From Ascidiella aspersa (Eukaryota): a DNA stretch of 64,000 nucleotides. The position numbers were made by a program, and so were the translations under genes. Location of the stretch: positions 23,126,001 to 23,190,000 of the forward strand of contig OZ004607.1 of NCBI GenBank assembly GCA_963924565.1, read 5' to 3'. This document shows positions 38,325-49,493 of this stretch, piece after piece; the stretch's first letter is position 1; every line of letters starts with the position of its first letter. A model generated the notes under the pieces. The model searched no databases. It saw only the letters and a program-made list of their open reading frames with translations, and was not told where the DNA came from.

Positions 38325-41300
38325 CTATGCTTTCTTGTTTTGAGCAGAAACCGGTGAAACGCGGACAATAATTCGCGTGTGGGTGAAATATTTGGTGACG
38401 CTCTTGATTTCTGCTTTCACAGAGTTTAAACCGTCTTTGGGCTGCCTTTTCCACCACGAATCTAGCAGCTTGTAACGCTCGGGATTCTTTGGATTATTTA
38501 CGTCAGACCTGTGCGGGATCATCTTGAACCTAAATAAAGGTACAGGACAAACTTTTACGAAAGATTGCTATACATAAACAATCTAAATTTAAATAGCGCC
38601 GGAATGGCACGACTATAGCCGCACACGGTGAGGTAAGGCGGTAGGTAATCTTGCAAAACCAAGGTTTTGTAACCCCTGATTCCATTTTAACAACACTATG
38701 GCGTATTAAGTGGGTTACGACAACAGGTTAGGTTAATTTATTTGCCCGAAACAAGTACTTCATCGGTACATCTAAAAATGGTGGAAAAATAGCATAAGTC
38801 TGCGTTAAGAAACAATCTACATGAAAGGACATCAAAAACTGCTAAACTTATAACATCTAAACGTGAAGGCAAAACAATTAAGTGTTTCTACAGCCATGTA
38901 AATCTCTATAACCTTAAAATTGCTACTTTTAGTGAATAGCCCATATATATTCGTGGTGCGGTACACGTATTTCCCTATTGAATATTTTGACTATATCGTA
39001 TTATAAACGCTTGTCCAGTTTTCAGTCTTATGCCAATTATCACCATATATCTATATAATGCTTTACAGATATAACAACCTGGAGTATTGCTTCTTATTTC
39101 TGTGGACTTTAAACTTTCCAACTTTCTCAATCCGAGCGTACATGTCATCATCCTCGCCACCCCAACCCTGGTTGTTTAAAAAGTTTTTTACAAATTAACG
39201 AATCAACTTAGATTAGACATTTGTCTAGTCTTGTCGCAGAAAGCATTATTATTAACAAAGCAAATGATTTGGCAAATGTGTTAGTACAACTGATTATTCT
39301 ATTTCTAGCACATCTATTTTATTCATAAATACAGGTCATTGTTTCGAACCTCTGAGATTAGATTTTGTCAAAAATATATTACTTACATAATATTGGTTGG
39401 AAAAGCCGTTGACTTTAGTAAATTGCTTTACAGTAAAACCCACAGCGCCACCAACGGTGATTCCACAGCAAAGCCTGTAATTGAACTTGTCGATTTTGCT
39501 TGCAATGTGAGCCACTTGTGTCTCATCTTAATAATAATGCAGAGATTATTAAACCCTATCAAATTGCTCAACTTGTCCCACTTTAATATAGCAAAAGTCT
39601 TAGAGGAGCTAACGGTATCAACACGATCCATAGACAATCGAAAAATGTGCCATGGGCAATGAGATTCCCGTATAATACAAGATAAACGTTGGAAACTTTT
39701 GCGTGATTGTCACCAGAGAGGTCATAAAAAAAACATGTCGAAGACTTTACGAAATCACCATACTTATGCTTTACATACCCTTTGCTAATCAGTATTTAAA
39801 GATAGCTTATATTATTGAAAAAATAAACCTTTAGGGGTAAATATACCCATTTGTTAAGAACAGTTAACGTATGTATAGTACTCATCAAAAGTTAAAACAA
39901 ATCATTATTTGCGTTTAATAGCCATAGTATTTAGTGGGTAAGGATATAAAGTTGGAGTCAAAAGGCATGTAAACGTATATGCTTAATATTTGTTATGTTG
40001 CTTATCAACCCGGGGGCTAATCCTGAACAGCCAAGAAAATTTCAGTTAAGTAACCTTAAGCTGGTGTTTTCAGAGCACTCTTGTGTCAATGTATAACTGA
40101 AATCGACTCGTTTGAAACTTACGTTTTTAACGTTTTATGTATAAAGGTAAGATTAACGCAAAAAAAGTTCCTGGAACTAGATTAGTTATGCTTAATGCGC
40201 CACGTCTCCTTCTAAATTAGAGTTTTGTCAACTTATATCACATAAACGCAGTCATTTTCCTATGCTTTGCACAATCGCATAGATTTAAACATTTCAGTTC
40301 GACATTTACGGTCGACTGGGAAATATAAAGTTTCTTAAGGTTACTTTTTTCAAGTCACGTTATGACGTAGATATATGACGCAATTTCTGAAAATGTTCAT
40401 GCTTTCCCTTTATACAGAAACAAAAATTCAACCTAATGTTAGGACTATACCCAAGTATTCGAAATTGTATCAATTAAAACGAGCAAAGCAATGCTTGTCA
40501 GCTGTTAGCTAAACGTAGGCCTAAGTGTTTACTTTAATATTTAATTACTTGTTTTGGAAACATGAACCATTAAATCAATATGCACAAATCTAAAATGCAA
40601 ACCTTACCTTGTTATGTGTTTAGCAATGTGATCCTATACCCAGAACCTAATGAGTACCAGTATAAGCTTCGATTCGATATTATTACAAATTTCTATGATG
40701 GTAGAGATATGTAGATTATTCCATTTATGGTCCTAAAAGTGTGAAAGGATATTATAATTTAGGCTTTGGTCTAATTTACAAGGCCCAGATTTTTTCACAT
40801 ATTTGTCAGATTATTCAACGGAAAAAGCATCACAGGGAAAATAGTGTCATTTTAATTCAGTGTTGCAGGTTACATTAACATTCTGAAATAGAGCCTATAG
40901 GTTTCCATCGTTGTTACCGGCGAACGCGTGCCAAGAACCGCAGGGCGACAAGTTGTATCACTACAACGCTCCATACTTCGCGACCGACGCTGATCTGATT
41001 TTATTTTCAGCTGGTAAGCGTTCCATTAACAACGTCCCATAAAGCCTAGACTTGTCGATAAATGCCGTTATCACCTTTACAACTGTACAATGTTCGGTCA
41101 TCCTCGCTGATAGTGTCGACATCGTGAAAAATAATACAATCAATTCGATCCATCTTGGTCAAGTTCCTGGCGTACAAAAAGCCGATGTTCATGAGCTGTC
41201 CTTTGTTGAATGGTGCAAACATATCTTGCTCGACAACGATAATCGTGTAACTCAATTGCTGTCTTTGCAGTATGGTATGCATGTAGTGAAGAAAGAACCT

Positions 41301-42617
41301 AGATTGTTGAACTTTTAGAAAATCGCCATAAACGTTTAGGGTAAGGATAGCTGGATTTCCAAAAATATAATTAAGGTAATCATACGATACTATAAGGTGG
41401 TATTGGTAGCGATTCAATTCCAAACTAAAATGGGAATTTTAGCTATGAGTACCTGTAAGTAGTTAAAATTTGAAATATGGGGTAGGCTAAGCAAATAAAA
41501 CTTTCCGACTCCAAACATGGTTGTTACGAAACGACACACACGCATCACACACCTAAAATATATTTTCGTTATAATGATATTCGTCTTTAGTATGCCGTAT
41601 TACATAATCTGAAGCAACATACGGTATATTCGAAATAGTTTTAACTTACCTAAGATGAACCTGTCTGTCTCGAAAGGGTACTACAACAACAACCGATTGC
41701 TTGGCAATGCAATTCATAGGTCCCGGGAAAACACCTCCGATGCCAACCGAGGGGTTATTGATTGCAATTTCCTCTAAAGTTGGAGGCCAGTTGTTTTTAT
41801 TGGATTTATCTGAAAATTATGTAACATGCAAGCTGTCCATCTAAACTTGTATACATTTTGTAGACAAAGTTACATAATTAGTTAAAAATCTTCAGTATAA
41901 ATTTGTTACGGCAAATCAATGTAAGTACTCAAACGAAAGTTGAAAACATGTCCGGCCTGTTCGTTGAGATATATTCTGATATGCATGAAAAACCATTATT
42001 TGTCGAAAACTAATCAAAAAACAATAATATTTTTTGATTTATATCAGAAATAATCAAAACGATATTAATAACTAAACCTAGAAATTAAATGTTAGACAAC
42101 AGAACGTATTTCGTTTCCAACAGAATAGGACTGAAAAATTGTAAATAAATAAAAACGATCGGTTGTTGCCAAATTTTGTCGTTCGTGGCCCCTTACACGG
42201 ACCCTAGAGGTGTCTTTGCTGCTGTCTTACTCAAGCCTGAGTCCGACTTCAGCGAGATACATAGACTCTGTCAAGTCCCGTGTCCCGACCACTTTAAAAT
42301 AATAGTTTGAAACAGTTTTCTTTTTCCCAAAAAGAGTCCTCATTGGCAAAAATAGACTCACCTTCAAATGACACATTTAGATTTCCCTTGAGGAGCGGTG
42401 AAACAGAAGGACATTTCTGTATAGCTTCAGTGTTGGTTTGCATCGTTGTTACCGGCGAACGCGTGCCAAGAACCGCAGGGCGACACGTTGTATCACAGCA
42501 ACGCTCCATACTTCGCGCCCGACGCTGATCTGACTTTATTTTCAGCTGGTAAGCATTCCACAAGCAAAGGTAGAACAATAACACCGACGCGGAGACCAAT
42601 GCAACTTTTCTTTTCAT
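38325..42617 (-). CDS. GT7-family glycosyltransferase (beta-1,4-galactosyl-/N-acetylgalactosaminyltransferase-like), type II membrane protein, 357 aa
   Basis: Six phase-consistent exons: 42362-42617, 41650-41809, 41075-41298, 39387-39526, 39079-39167, 38325-38529 (1074 nt). N-terminal KRK plus TM helix. Motifs: VVPFRDRQVHL, LQRQQL, FNKGQLMNIGF, FHDVD (DxD), IDKFNYRL, VGG, VNGFSNQYYGWGGEDDDM, KMIPH, DGLNS. Confidence 0.93.
40900..41025 (-). repeat. 126-bp direct copy of part of GT7 exon 1 (42435-42560) inside intron 3
   Basis: Ungapped alignment, 119/126 identical, same orientation. Confidence 0.95.
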
Positions 42618-43058
42618 TTTACAAATAAATTACTTAAAGTACTGACAAACAACAAATTTTATAATTGCGCAACCATTTAAAATACAATGTAGCACTGGCA
42701 GCACTTCGCATGTTTGAACGGTTGTAAAATATCAACTAGAAAAACGTTTACAAAAGTAGCAAAATAATGATCATACTTTATTTCGCGAGTGGTTGTCAAA
42801 ATTGTAATATAGGTGTTATTGTAGTTGAGCGTTTCTCCTATAGTGGTATCACATTATGTTCATCCATATCTAACTTTGCTCTAACGCGATTATCAAATCG
42901 TTCAGAATGGCCTAAACCAAAAGTTTTTTTAAACTATTTTTTGCCACACTTTGTTTCGCTGATATTTACTAATCTTTTCGCACTTTTACTTATTTGTTTG
43001 TTTCCAAAAATCACAATTAATAGCTGCAGTTTTCTCGAAACAATAAGTTCGAATAGGG

Positions 43059-43124
43059 CAGTGGTTCTTCACCGCCGGTCCGCGTCAACCGACAAACATA
43101 TTACAATTTTATTGAGAACCACTG
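43059..43124. mobile_element. 66-bp hAT-type mini-MITE
   Basis: TIRs CAGTGGTTCT...AGAACCACTG; perfect 8-bp TSD GAATAGGG (43051-43058 and 43125-43132). Confidence 0.85.
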
Positions 43125-44873
43125 GAATAGGGATGTTGGATAATATGGTGAGCCTACACCCGACACGAATTTAAAATATCGGTACTCGACAGATATTAGG
43201 AATAGTATCGGTGCCGGTCCGATAATAAATTAATTGCGTATTTGAGCATATAGAGTAATGTTTATTTGAGCAAGTGATACAGGGGTCGTACTTGGCCCTG
43301 TGCTATGTTTTTTTTCCTTCTTTTTTTATGTGTTTTTTTTGAGGTGTAAATGTTGACAATTGAGGTAAATAAACGTCATTTTTCAGCGCTTTTTGGGATT
43401 ACCTTAACTCTTGTTGATTATTTTCACAAACGTTTGTTTGAGTGCAGGTAGCTTCTTAAAATTACTTTAATTATGACCTCACGTTTTAACATAACTTGTG
43501 ACGTCATATATAAAAAAATTGAAGTTATACCTGAAATTTTGGTCCTTTACTCACCTATAGTCACGGTGATAATTGTTTAAAATTATGTTGCTGAGCCTAC
43601 ATTGCGCTACGCGTGAAAACTTAATTTAAAAAGGTGTTGCATTTACATAGCCTACCATATATGGTGGTTCTCATAATTTTTTACCCGGGGTTTTATAACA
43701 AGACATAGGTTTTATAACAAGAAAAAAATATAAAAAGACATGCTGTGCATTAATTATTCTAAGATTCAAACCATCGGCCCGAGAGGAGGTCGTCGTGTAC
43801 TATTTGATAAAGGAAAACTGTTGACTAACAACTATACCAATAAATAATATATGAAATAATTGGCAGTGTGGCAGAGCAGAAGCTTGCGCCAGTGGAACGA
43901 ATACTGTTTATAATGTCGTCATTGCGTTTGATTTCAATTAACAGCCGAAGGTCAGCTTTAGTCAAATAGATAGTCTTTTAAGAGAAATAAAAACCATAGG
44001 TGTAGCCAGGGGGCCAAAAAAAAGTTATTAATATTGTTCTCCTACTAATTTGTTTTTTAGCATTTATTGCCGTCTAGTAGTGCTGTACCACACCAGTCGA
44101 TTACAGGCATGCTACACCTTGAATTGTTACGTCTAAAACGATTTAGTTATTGTTTGCTATACTTATTAATTTAGTTCCACTACTTTTTAGTCAATTTGTT
44201 TTTGCTCTTTAAATGGTTTTTGAGTATTGCGTTAAAACACACTGTTCAAGACGGTTTGCTAGCATATTTATTTGTGTTCAATACGGCAGTTTATACATAA
44301 ACAAAACACGTTTCAAACTTTTTGCCTACCCCCAAAATTTTCGGTAGGCCGCCACGCCACTGATAAAAAGATGGCAATTTTGCGACCGTTGCAAATCCTT
44401 TTTGCAACACTCGCCTACATTTTTTTAACACAATTAAATTATGTGCAACGACATATTTCCCACTAAATTAATTTGAAAAAAACATTACTGACTTATAAGA
44501 TATCCTTCAGCTTTATTTTGGTCAGTTTAATTTCTTACTGATGGTGTAACGTTTACATATTTACGACTAGTGCTTGCGTATCACATTGTTACGTCATAAG
44601 CGCAAAATAGTTTTTTCTTCTTGTTAGGAACAAAAGACGTAAACACGCCAATGGAGGCCTGCGCATAATATTTTTGGCCATATCTGGACATCCCTGCCAA
44701 ATTTAAAAAAAATCCGCTAATTTAAATAAGATTCCAATTTACTTTAATTGGTTATGTGTAGGCCTATAGACTAAAATTGAAGGGTCGCACACGTTTCTCG
44801 TAAAAAGGTAAAAAAATTCAAGAAACCCGCAGCGGTCCGCGGACCCCAGTTTATGAACCACTGATCTAAAATG

Positions 44874-45501
44874 TGGTACAAGGCCTGACCATCGTGGACC
44901 GGATAACTGTAAGAATTTACGATCGCGGGCCGGATAAAAAAATGTCGAATTTTATTACATGAAATATTGCTATACGAAAGAAACAGGGACGCCGGAGAGG
45001 GGGGGGGGGCGCGGGGGTTAAGCGCCCCTCCTACCCTTTGTTAAGGGGGGGGGGGAAAAAGTGCCCTTTTTATGAAAAATGATATTTTGCTTTCTACGGA
45101 ACGCTACGGAAAAATGCAAACAAATTCGTAAAATGACATGGTTGACATTTGTTAAAACATTTTTGGTACCATTTTAAGCCAATCTAGAGGGCGTGGCCGC
45201 AAAACTTTTTCAGGGGGAGTACCCGCGGACCTCCCAATGTTTCATGATTCGGCTCGCTTCGCTCGCCTGCGGTCTATGTTGCCCTTACCAAAAAGTCACC
45301 TCCTTGCCCTGAAATCGCTCCGGCGTCCCTGGAAAGAAATATCAATACATGCAATAACAATAAAGCAACCCTTAATAAATCGTCATACAGTTTAAAATTC
45401 CAATAAAATTTTGTTGTTAATTGCATTCGACAACATAAAAAATAAAAAAAAATATGCCACGGGCTGGATCTGGCCGCGGGCAGTGCGTTTGGTGACCCCT
45501 G
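44874..45501. mobile_element. Older Charlie-like hAT remnant interrupted by the 44984-45331 MITE
   Basis: GCGGGCCGGAT subterminal motif on the left; ...GGATCTGGCCGCGGGC...TTTGGTGACCCCTG terminus on the right. Left end is decayed. Confidence 0.5.
44984..45331. mobile_element. hAT-type MITE (348 bp)
   Basis: 14-bp TIRs CAGGGACGCCGGAG...CTCCGGCGTCCCTG; perfect 8-bp TSD GAAAGAAA on both sides. Confidence 0.9.
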
Positions 45502-48500
45502 CCCTATAACAAGTGATATAGTAGCAGTATTCGCCTGATACTAAAGTGCTTTCGTTGCCAAATCGTCACTAGTTTCAACATTTCAGCAATGGTTTGCAAT
45601 TAAACTATAACCATTTTCCTGGGTCCCCAAATAATAATGCTAATGCTTGCATTGTTTATATTCGCATCTATAGGTCTTTTCCAACACTGTCATTTGTTGA
45701 TCTTTTATCCTTGTCATTACATTCAAAATAACCACTAAAAAGATTAAAAAAGTAGTGTTTGCAGTTTTTAAGCGATGATAAAGCCGGTATGGGCGTAACA
45801 GTATTTTGTATTTTTAAAGTTGTTTTATGTCTTTTTACCCTTTGTGGATTTAAACGTTTTCCATTTTTAAAGAAAAAGAAAATTAGTGTAACTAATTTTT
45901 CAGTGCTAAACCAATATTTTACTTAACAAACCGGAAAACACGTACGTTTGCACGTTTTATCTGGTATATTTACCAATGATAGACAATATTAACACGGTAA
46001 TGTAGTGATTTTCCCTAAATATCGGGTATCGGCATATCGGAATAAATATACCTATAGTATGCCGGCATTAGATACATTCTGTTCTGCATTTCAGTGTAGC
46101 ATTACGCAGTGTTGTTTATGATATTCTCTTTGTTTATGACCGCGAAATGCTCAAAACTGTAGTGGTAAAAAATGCAAACAATGGTTAGTGGCAGGTATTA
46201 AATTAATACCGACGTATACATCGTATGTTCAAACGAACTCTCAACTTTTAGACGATAATCGCATCCAAATTTTGTAACAAGTCTGGGGTTTTGGCGCAGA
46301 TGTGTGTTTTGTAGTTTTACATTTTTTTATTTTACTTTTGTCGATTGCTTCCCTGCAGGTTTGACTTTTCTGTCAGCAGGATTCTTATAATGAGTGATAA
46401 ATAAAAAAGCCAAAATACATCGTGTTTTTTTGCTGGGAAGGAATTGACAGTACTTTGGCTTGTATACGGAAGGAATATAAAAAAGACAATCACTGCTCTC
46501 AAACATACCGATTCACATTTGTCAACACAATTTGAATAATGCCACGTTTGTGTTTCTCCCGAATTATACCGTTTTTCCATTGGATCGCAAGAAACACATG
46601 TGCAACTTAGAGCTTCAATAAGCAAAAAACGGCATTGTAAGTCGTTCTGTGCAAAATTTTAAGGCATTTTAACATTGAGCTGTTTAAAACCCACCACTTA
46701 ATGCCAACATATCAATGAATGTACATATGTACGAATCTACATAATCTGTGCTCAATGCGTTAAGTAATCCTCTAAATCTAAATTAAAGTTTGCATTTTAA
46801 ATCAAATAGTCGCGATTTTTAGGCGTTTCGCGCGATACCTTGTCACCATCAAATTGACTTCACCAGTACATTGCGCACAACTCCAACGTAGTAACAGGTT
46901 CTTGAATTTGCGATCCTATTTTTTAACTGGCGCGCCACAACATTTTATGTTTCTCGTGCGACCCGCGGTAAAAAAAAATTTACCCACCCCTGACTTAAGA
47001 GATAAATACTAAAAAATAAATACTGTTTTTCGAGTTTAACAAAATAGTTTTTGATCATCAGTAGGGTAGCAACCGAAGGGTCTTATGATAAGTTACTCCT
47101 ATGCCAAACAAAAAACACTTAAAAAAGCACACATTCTGAGTAATTACCCTTTTTGCCGTTTTAACCGGGCAAAATGGACCCCACTAATGAAAGATAGTTT
47201 AACTGCCTTGCTGTGTGAAAATGGAGGGTCAAGGAGTTTTATTTAGGGTCGTATAAAAAATTTCAGAAACATTTTCACAAGTTGCGTTACAATGTGACGT
47301 CATAATTCAAGTAATGGTATACATGGAGCCTTATTACTTAAAAATATGACTATGCGTATTATCATTGTTGCATCAATATTAAGTATAAATGGTTATAAAT
47401 AGGTATAGTACATAAATTGCCTTACATTTGTGTTGTGCCATACGAACTCATATGTATTAAAACAATTATCAATCGACCTTTTTACAACGATGTCTTTAAA
47501 ATCTCTAAACTTTAAAAAGTTTAATTGTCTTGGATTAATAAACAGACCCTTATCTAAAAACTACTTACCAAAAAAGTAACTTTCCTTAACTTTATTAGCA
47601 AACACATAATTGTACTATACTATCCTTATAACAACATCCCTAAACACATTTCCCCCTCCGCGGTTTGTTCAAAATTGAATCAGCTTGATTTTTGTCCACA
47701 AACGTCATTTCGACGATGGTCACTGTTCGGTAAACAATATTTGACGCTGGCAATTTTTGTTCACGAGAAAAGTGTGGGATCGATCCGTTTCCCCCCTTGA
47801 AAAATGTTCTGTGGGCGCCCCTGTCCGCAACCCATGTGCAGCGGCACACTGGTGTGCCGCGAGACCATGCCAGATGTGCAGCGGTGTAAAAAAAGCTTTT
47901 ACTTGCGCTGTTTCCCAAACGCACTGTCTAAAATTTTTAAATGAAATCCAAAATTCGTAGTTTATGCGTTTTTTTTATTGTATACAATAATTCTAGTAAA
48001 CTTACTTTAGTCTACTTAATATTTAAACTTTTTAAAACCTGTTATCTTCAATTTTAAAGTAAACTTAATTACCAATTTATTTGCGTGTCCAAACAATGCA
48101 ACAAAGGTTTTCAACTTTTGTACAAAAAACCGGATATATTATTATCCATAGGCTCGAAACCCATTCAACTTAATTTCAACTTAATTCCATTCAACTTAAT
48201 TCCAAAAATATTTGTTTAAGCATTTTATGAATTAGTCGCCTACACTTTTAGTTTTACCAAGTTTTAGTATTTACCTGTAAAATAAGAGGCATTTATTCTT
48301 TTACCCACCTTGGTTCTCACTGTTCACTTCGGTTCAAACAATTGCTTTGTCAACGTGGAAAAATATAGTTTTAGGGAGGCCATGGCCTGGAGTTCACCCT
48401 GTGGACACCTTGAATCAAGTGTTTCCGATTGTGCTGATTAGGAATAGTGACTAAACCAAATCGTTCATAAAATGTAGCTGTAGCATATGTAATTAATTGG

Positions 48501-48669
48501 GCCCGACTACTGAGAAGCTGTTAAATCATAAGCATGAGACTTAACTTAGCTACATAGTACAGTACCATAGTGTAATTTTAAGATCAAGAAAGGTCGCCGG
48601 TTTGGAGCTAAAACCCCTTTGTTAAATAAATCAGTGTTTTAGCGCCAACACAAATGCAAACAAGATTAC

Positions 48670-48760
48670 TACGTTAGGGGGCGTGAAACCAACCTCCTCT
48701 TTGACCAATCAAGAATCGCGCATTTATTTGGCGAGTGACGCAAGGGACGTGTTGTTGGTT
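48670..48760 (+). promoter_or_regulatory. Candidate wsb promoter
   Basis: Clustered GGGGCGTG (GC-box-like), CCAATCA (CCAAT box) and TGACGCA (CRE/AP-1-like) motifs about 0.75 kb upstream of the ATG, in a locally GC-richer patch. Confidence 0.4.
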
Positions 48761-48835
48761 TCTTGCCTTCTCTCGAAGAGTGGTGCTCTCAAAGCAGCAG
48801 ACGTTCGCAGACAGTGAGACAACATCACATATTTC

Positions 48836-49038
48836 GGCGCTGGTCTAGAATCCTACCACAACGTTGAAATGATTATTAAGCAATGCATAATATGTGGGTT
48901 AGGGTGTCGGTTAGTGTTTGGGTGTGGGTAGGTCAAGTAATATTGTTTAACACTATTACTGGACTCACCCAAACCCAAACGCTAACCGGCACCCTAACCA
49001 AAATAATGTTCGTTGTGGTAGGATTCTAGACGAGCGCC
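48836..49038. mobile_element. Palindromic MITE, GGCGCT family copy 1 (Merlin-like termini)
   Basis: TIR GGCGCTGGTCTAGAATCCTACCACAACG...CGTTGTGGTAGGATTCTAGACGAGCGCC, internal inverted arms, perfect 8-bp TSD CATATTTC. Confidence 0.92.
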
Positions 49039-49131
49039 CATATTTCTACTGTTGCTGTAGTAAGTGCTTTGGAAAGTGTGTGATGCATGCGCTATTTACT
49101 GAACTGATGCATTCTTTTTAGATAACACTTT

Positions 49132-49334
49132 GGCGCTGGTCTAGAATCCTACCACAGTTCTAAAATCAACGCACAAAATTTGAGTTAGGTTGCGGGTTAG
49201 CGTTTGGGTGTGGGTGGGTCAAGTATTATTATATTCTTTATTTAATAATAATACTTGACCCACCTTTACCCAAACGCTAACCCGCACCCTAACCCAAAAG
49301 GTGTTTCGTTGTGGTAGGATTCTAGACCAGCGCC
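49132..49334. mobile_element. Palindromic MITE, GGCGCT family copy 2
   Basis: TIR GGCGCTGGTCTAGAATCCTACCACA...TGTGGTAGGATTCTAGACCAGCGCC; perfect 8-bp TSD AACACTTT. Confidence 0.92.
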
Positions 49335-49493
49335 AACACTTTTTCTGAGCCATTCTAACGTTTACTCTCGATCCTTTACAGAGATTTATGTTGTGTAGCA
49401 TCAAAATTATTATCATATTTTCAAACACCAAGCTAAAAATTACCGAAGTGGGCCATACATTTAAGACTTGTTGTCAAGAGAGTTCTCAGTAGT

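Noticed and set aside
41026-41074. Apparent frameshift/stop making the GT7 gene a pseudogene (TAFIDKSRLYG in another frame)
   Set aside because: A donor at 41074 splices in phase to an intact exon 4 at 39526, giving a complete 357-aa protein.
47000-47065. Other CTGANGA hits as hammerheads (e.g. ~47055, 19874, 28030, 33605, 58148, 60244)
   Set aside because: No helix II closed by GAAA and no helix I complementarity.
48890-49000. GGGTTAGGG/CCCTAACCC as interstitial telomeric repeat
   Set aside because: Single units within MITE arms, not tandem TTAGGG arrays.
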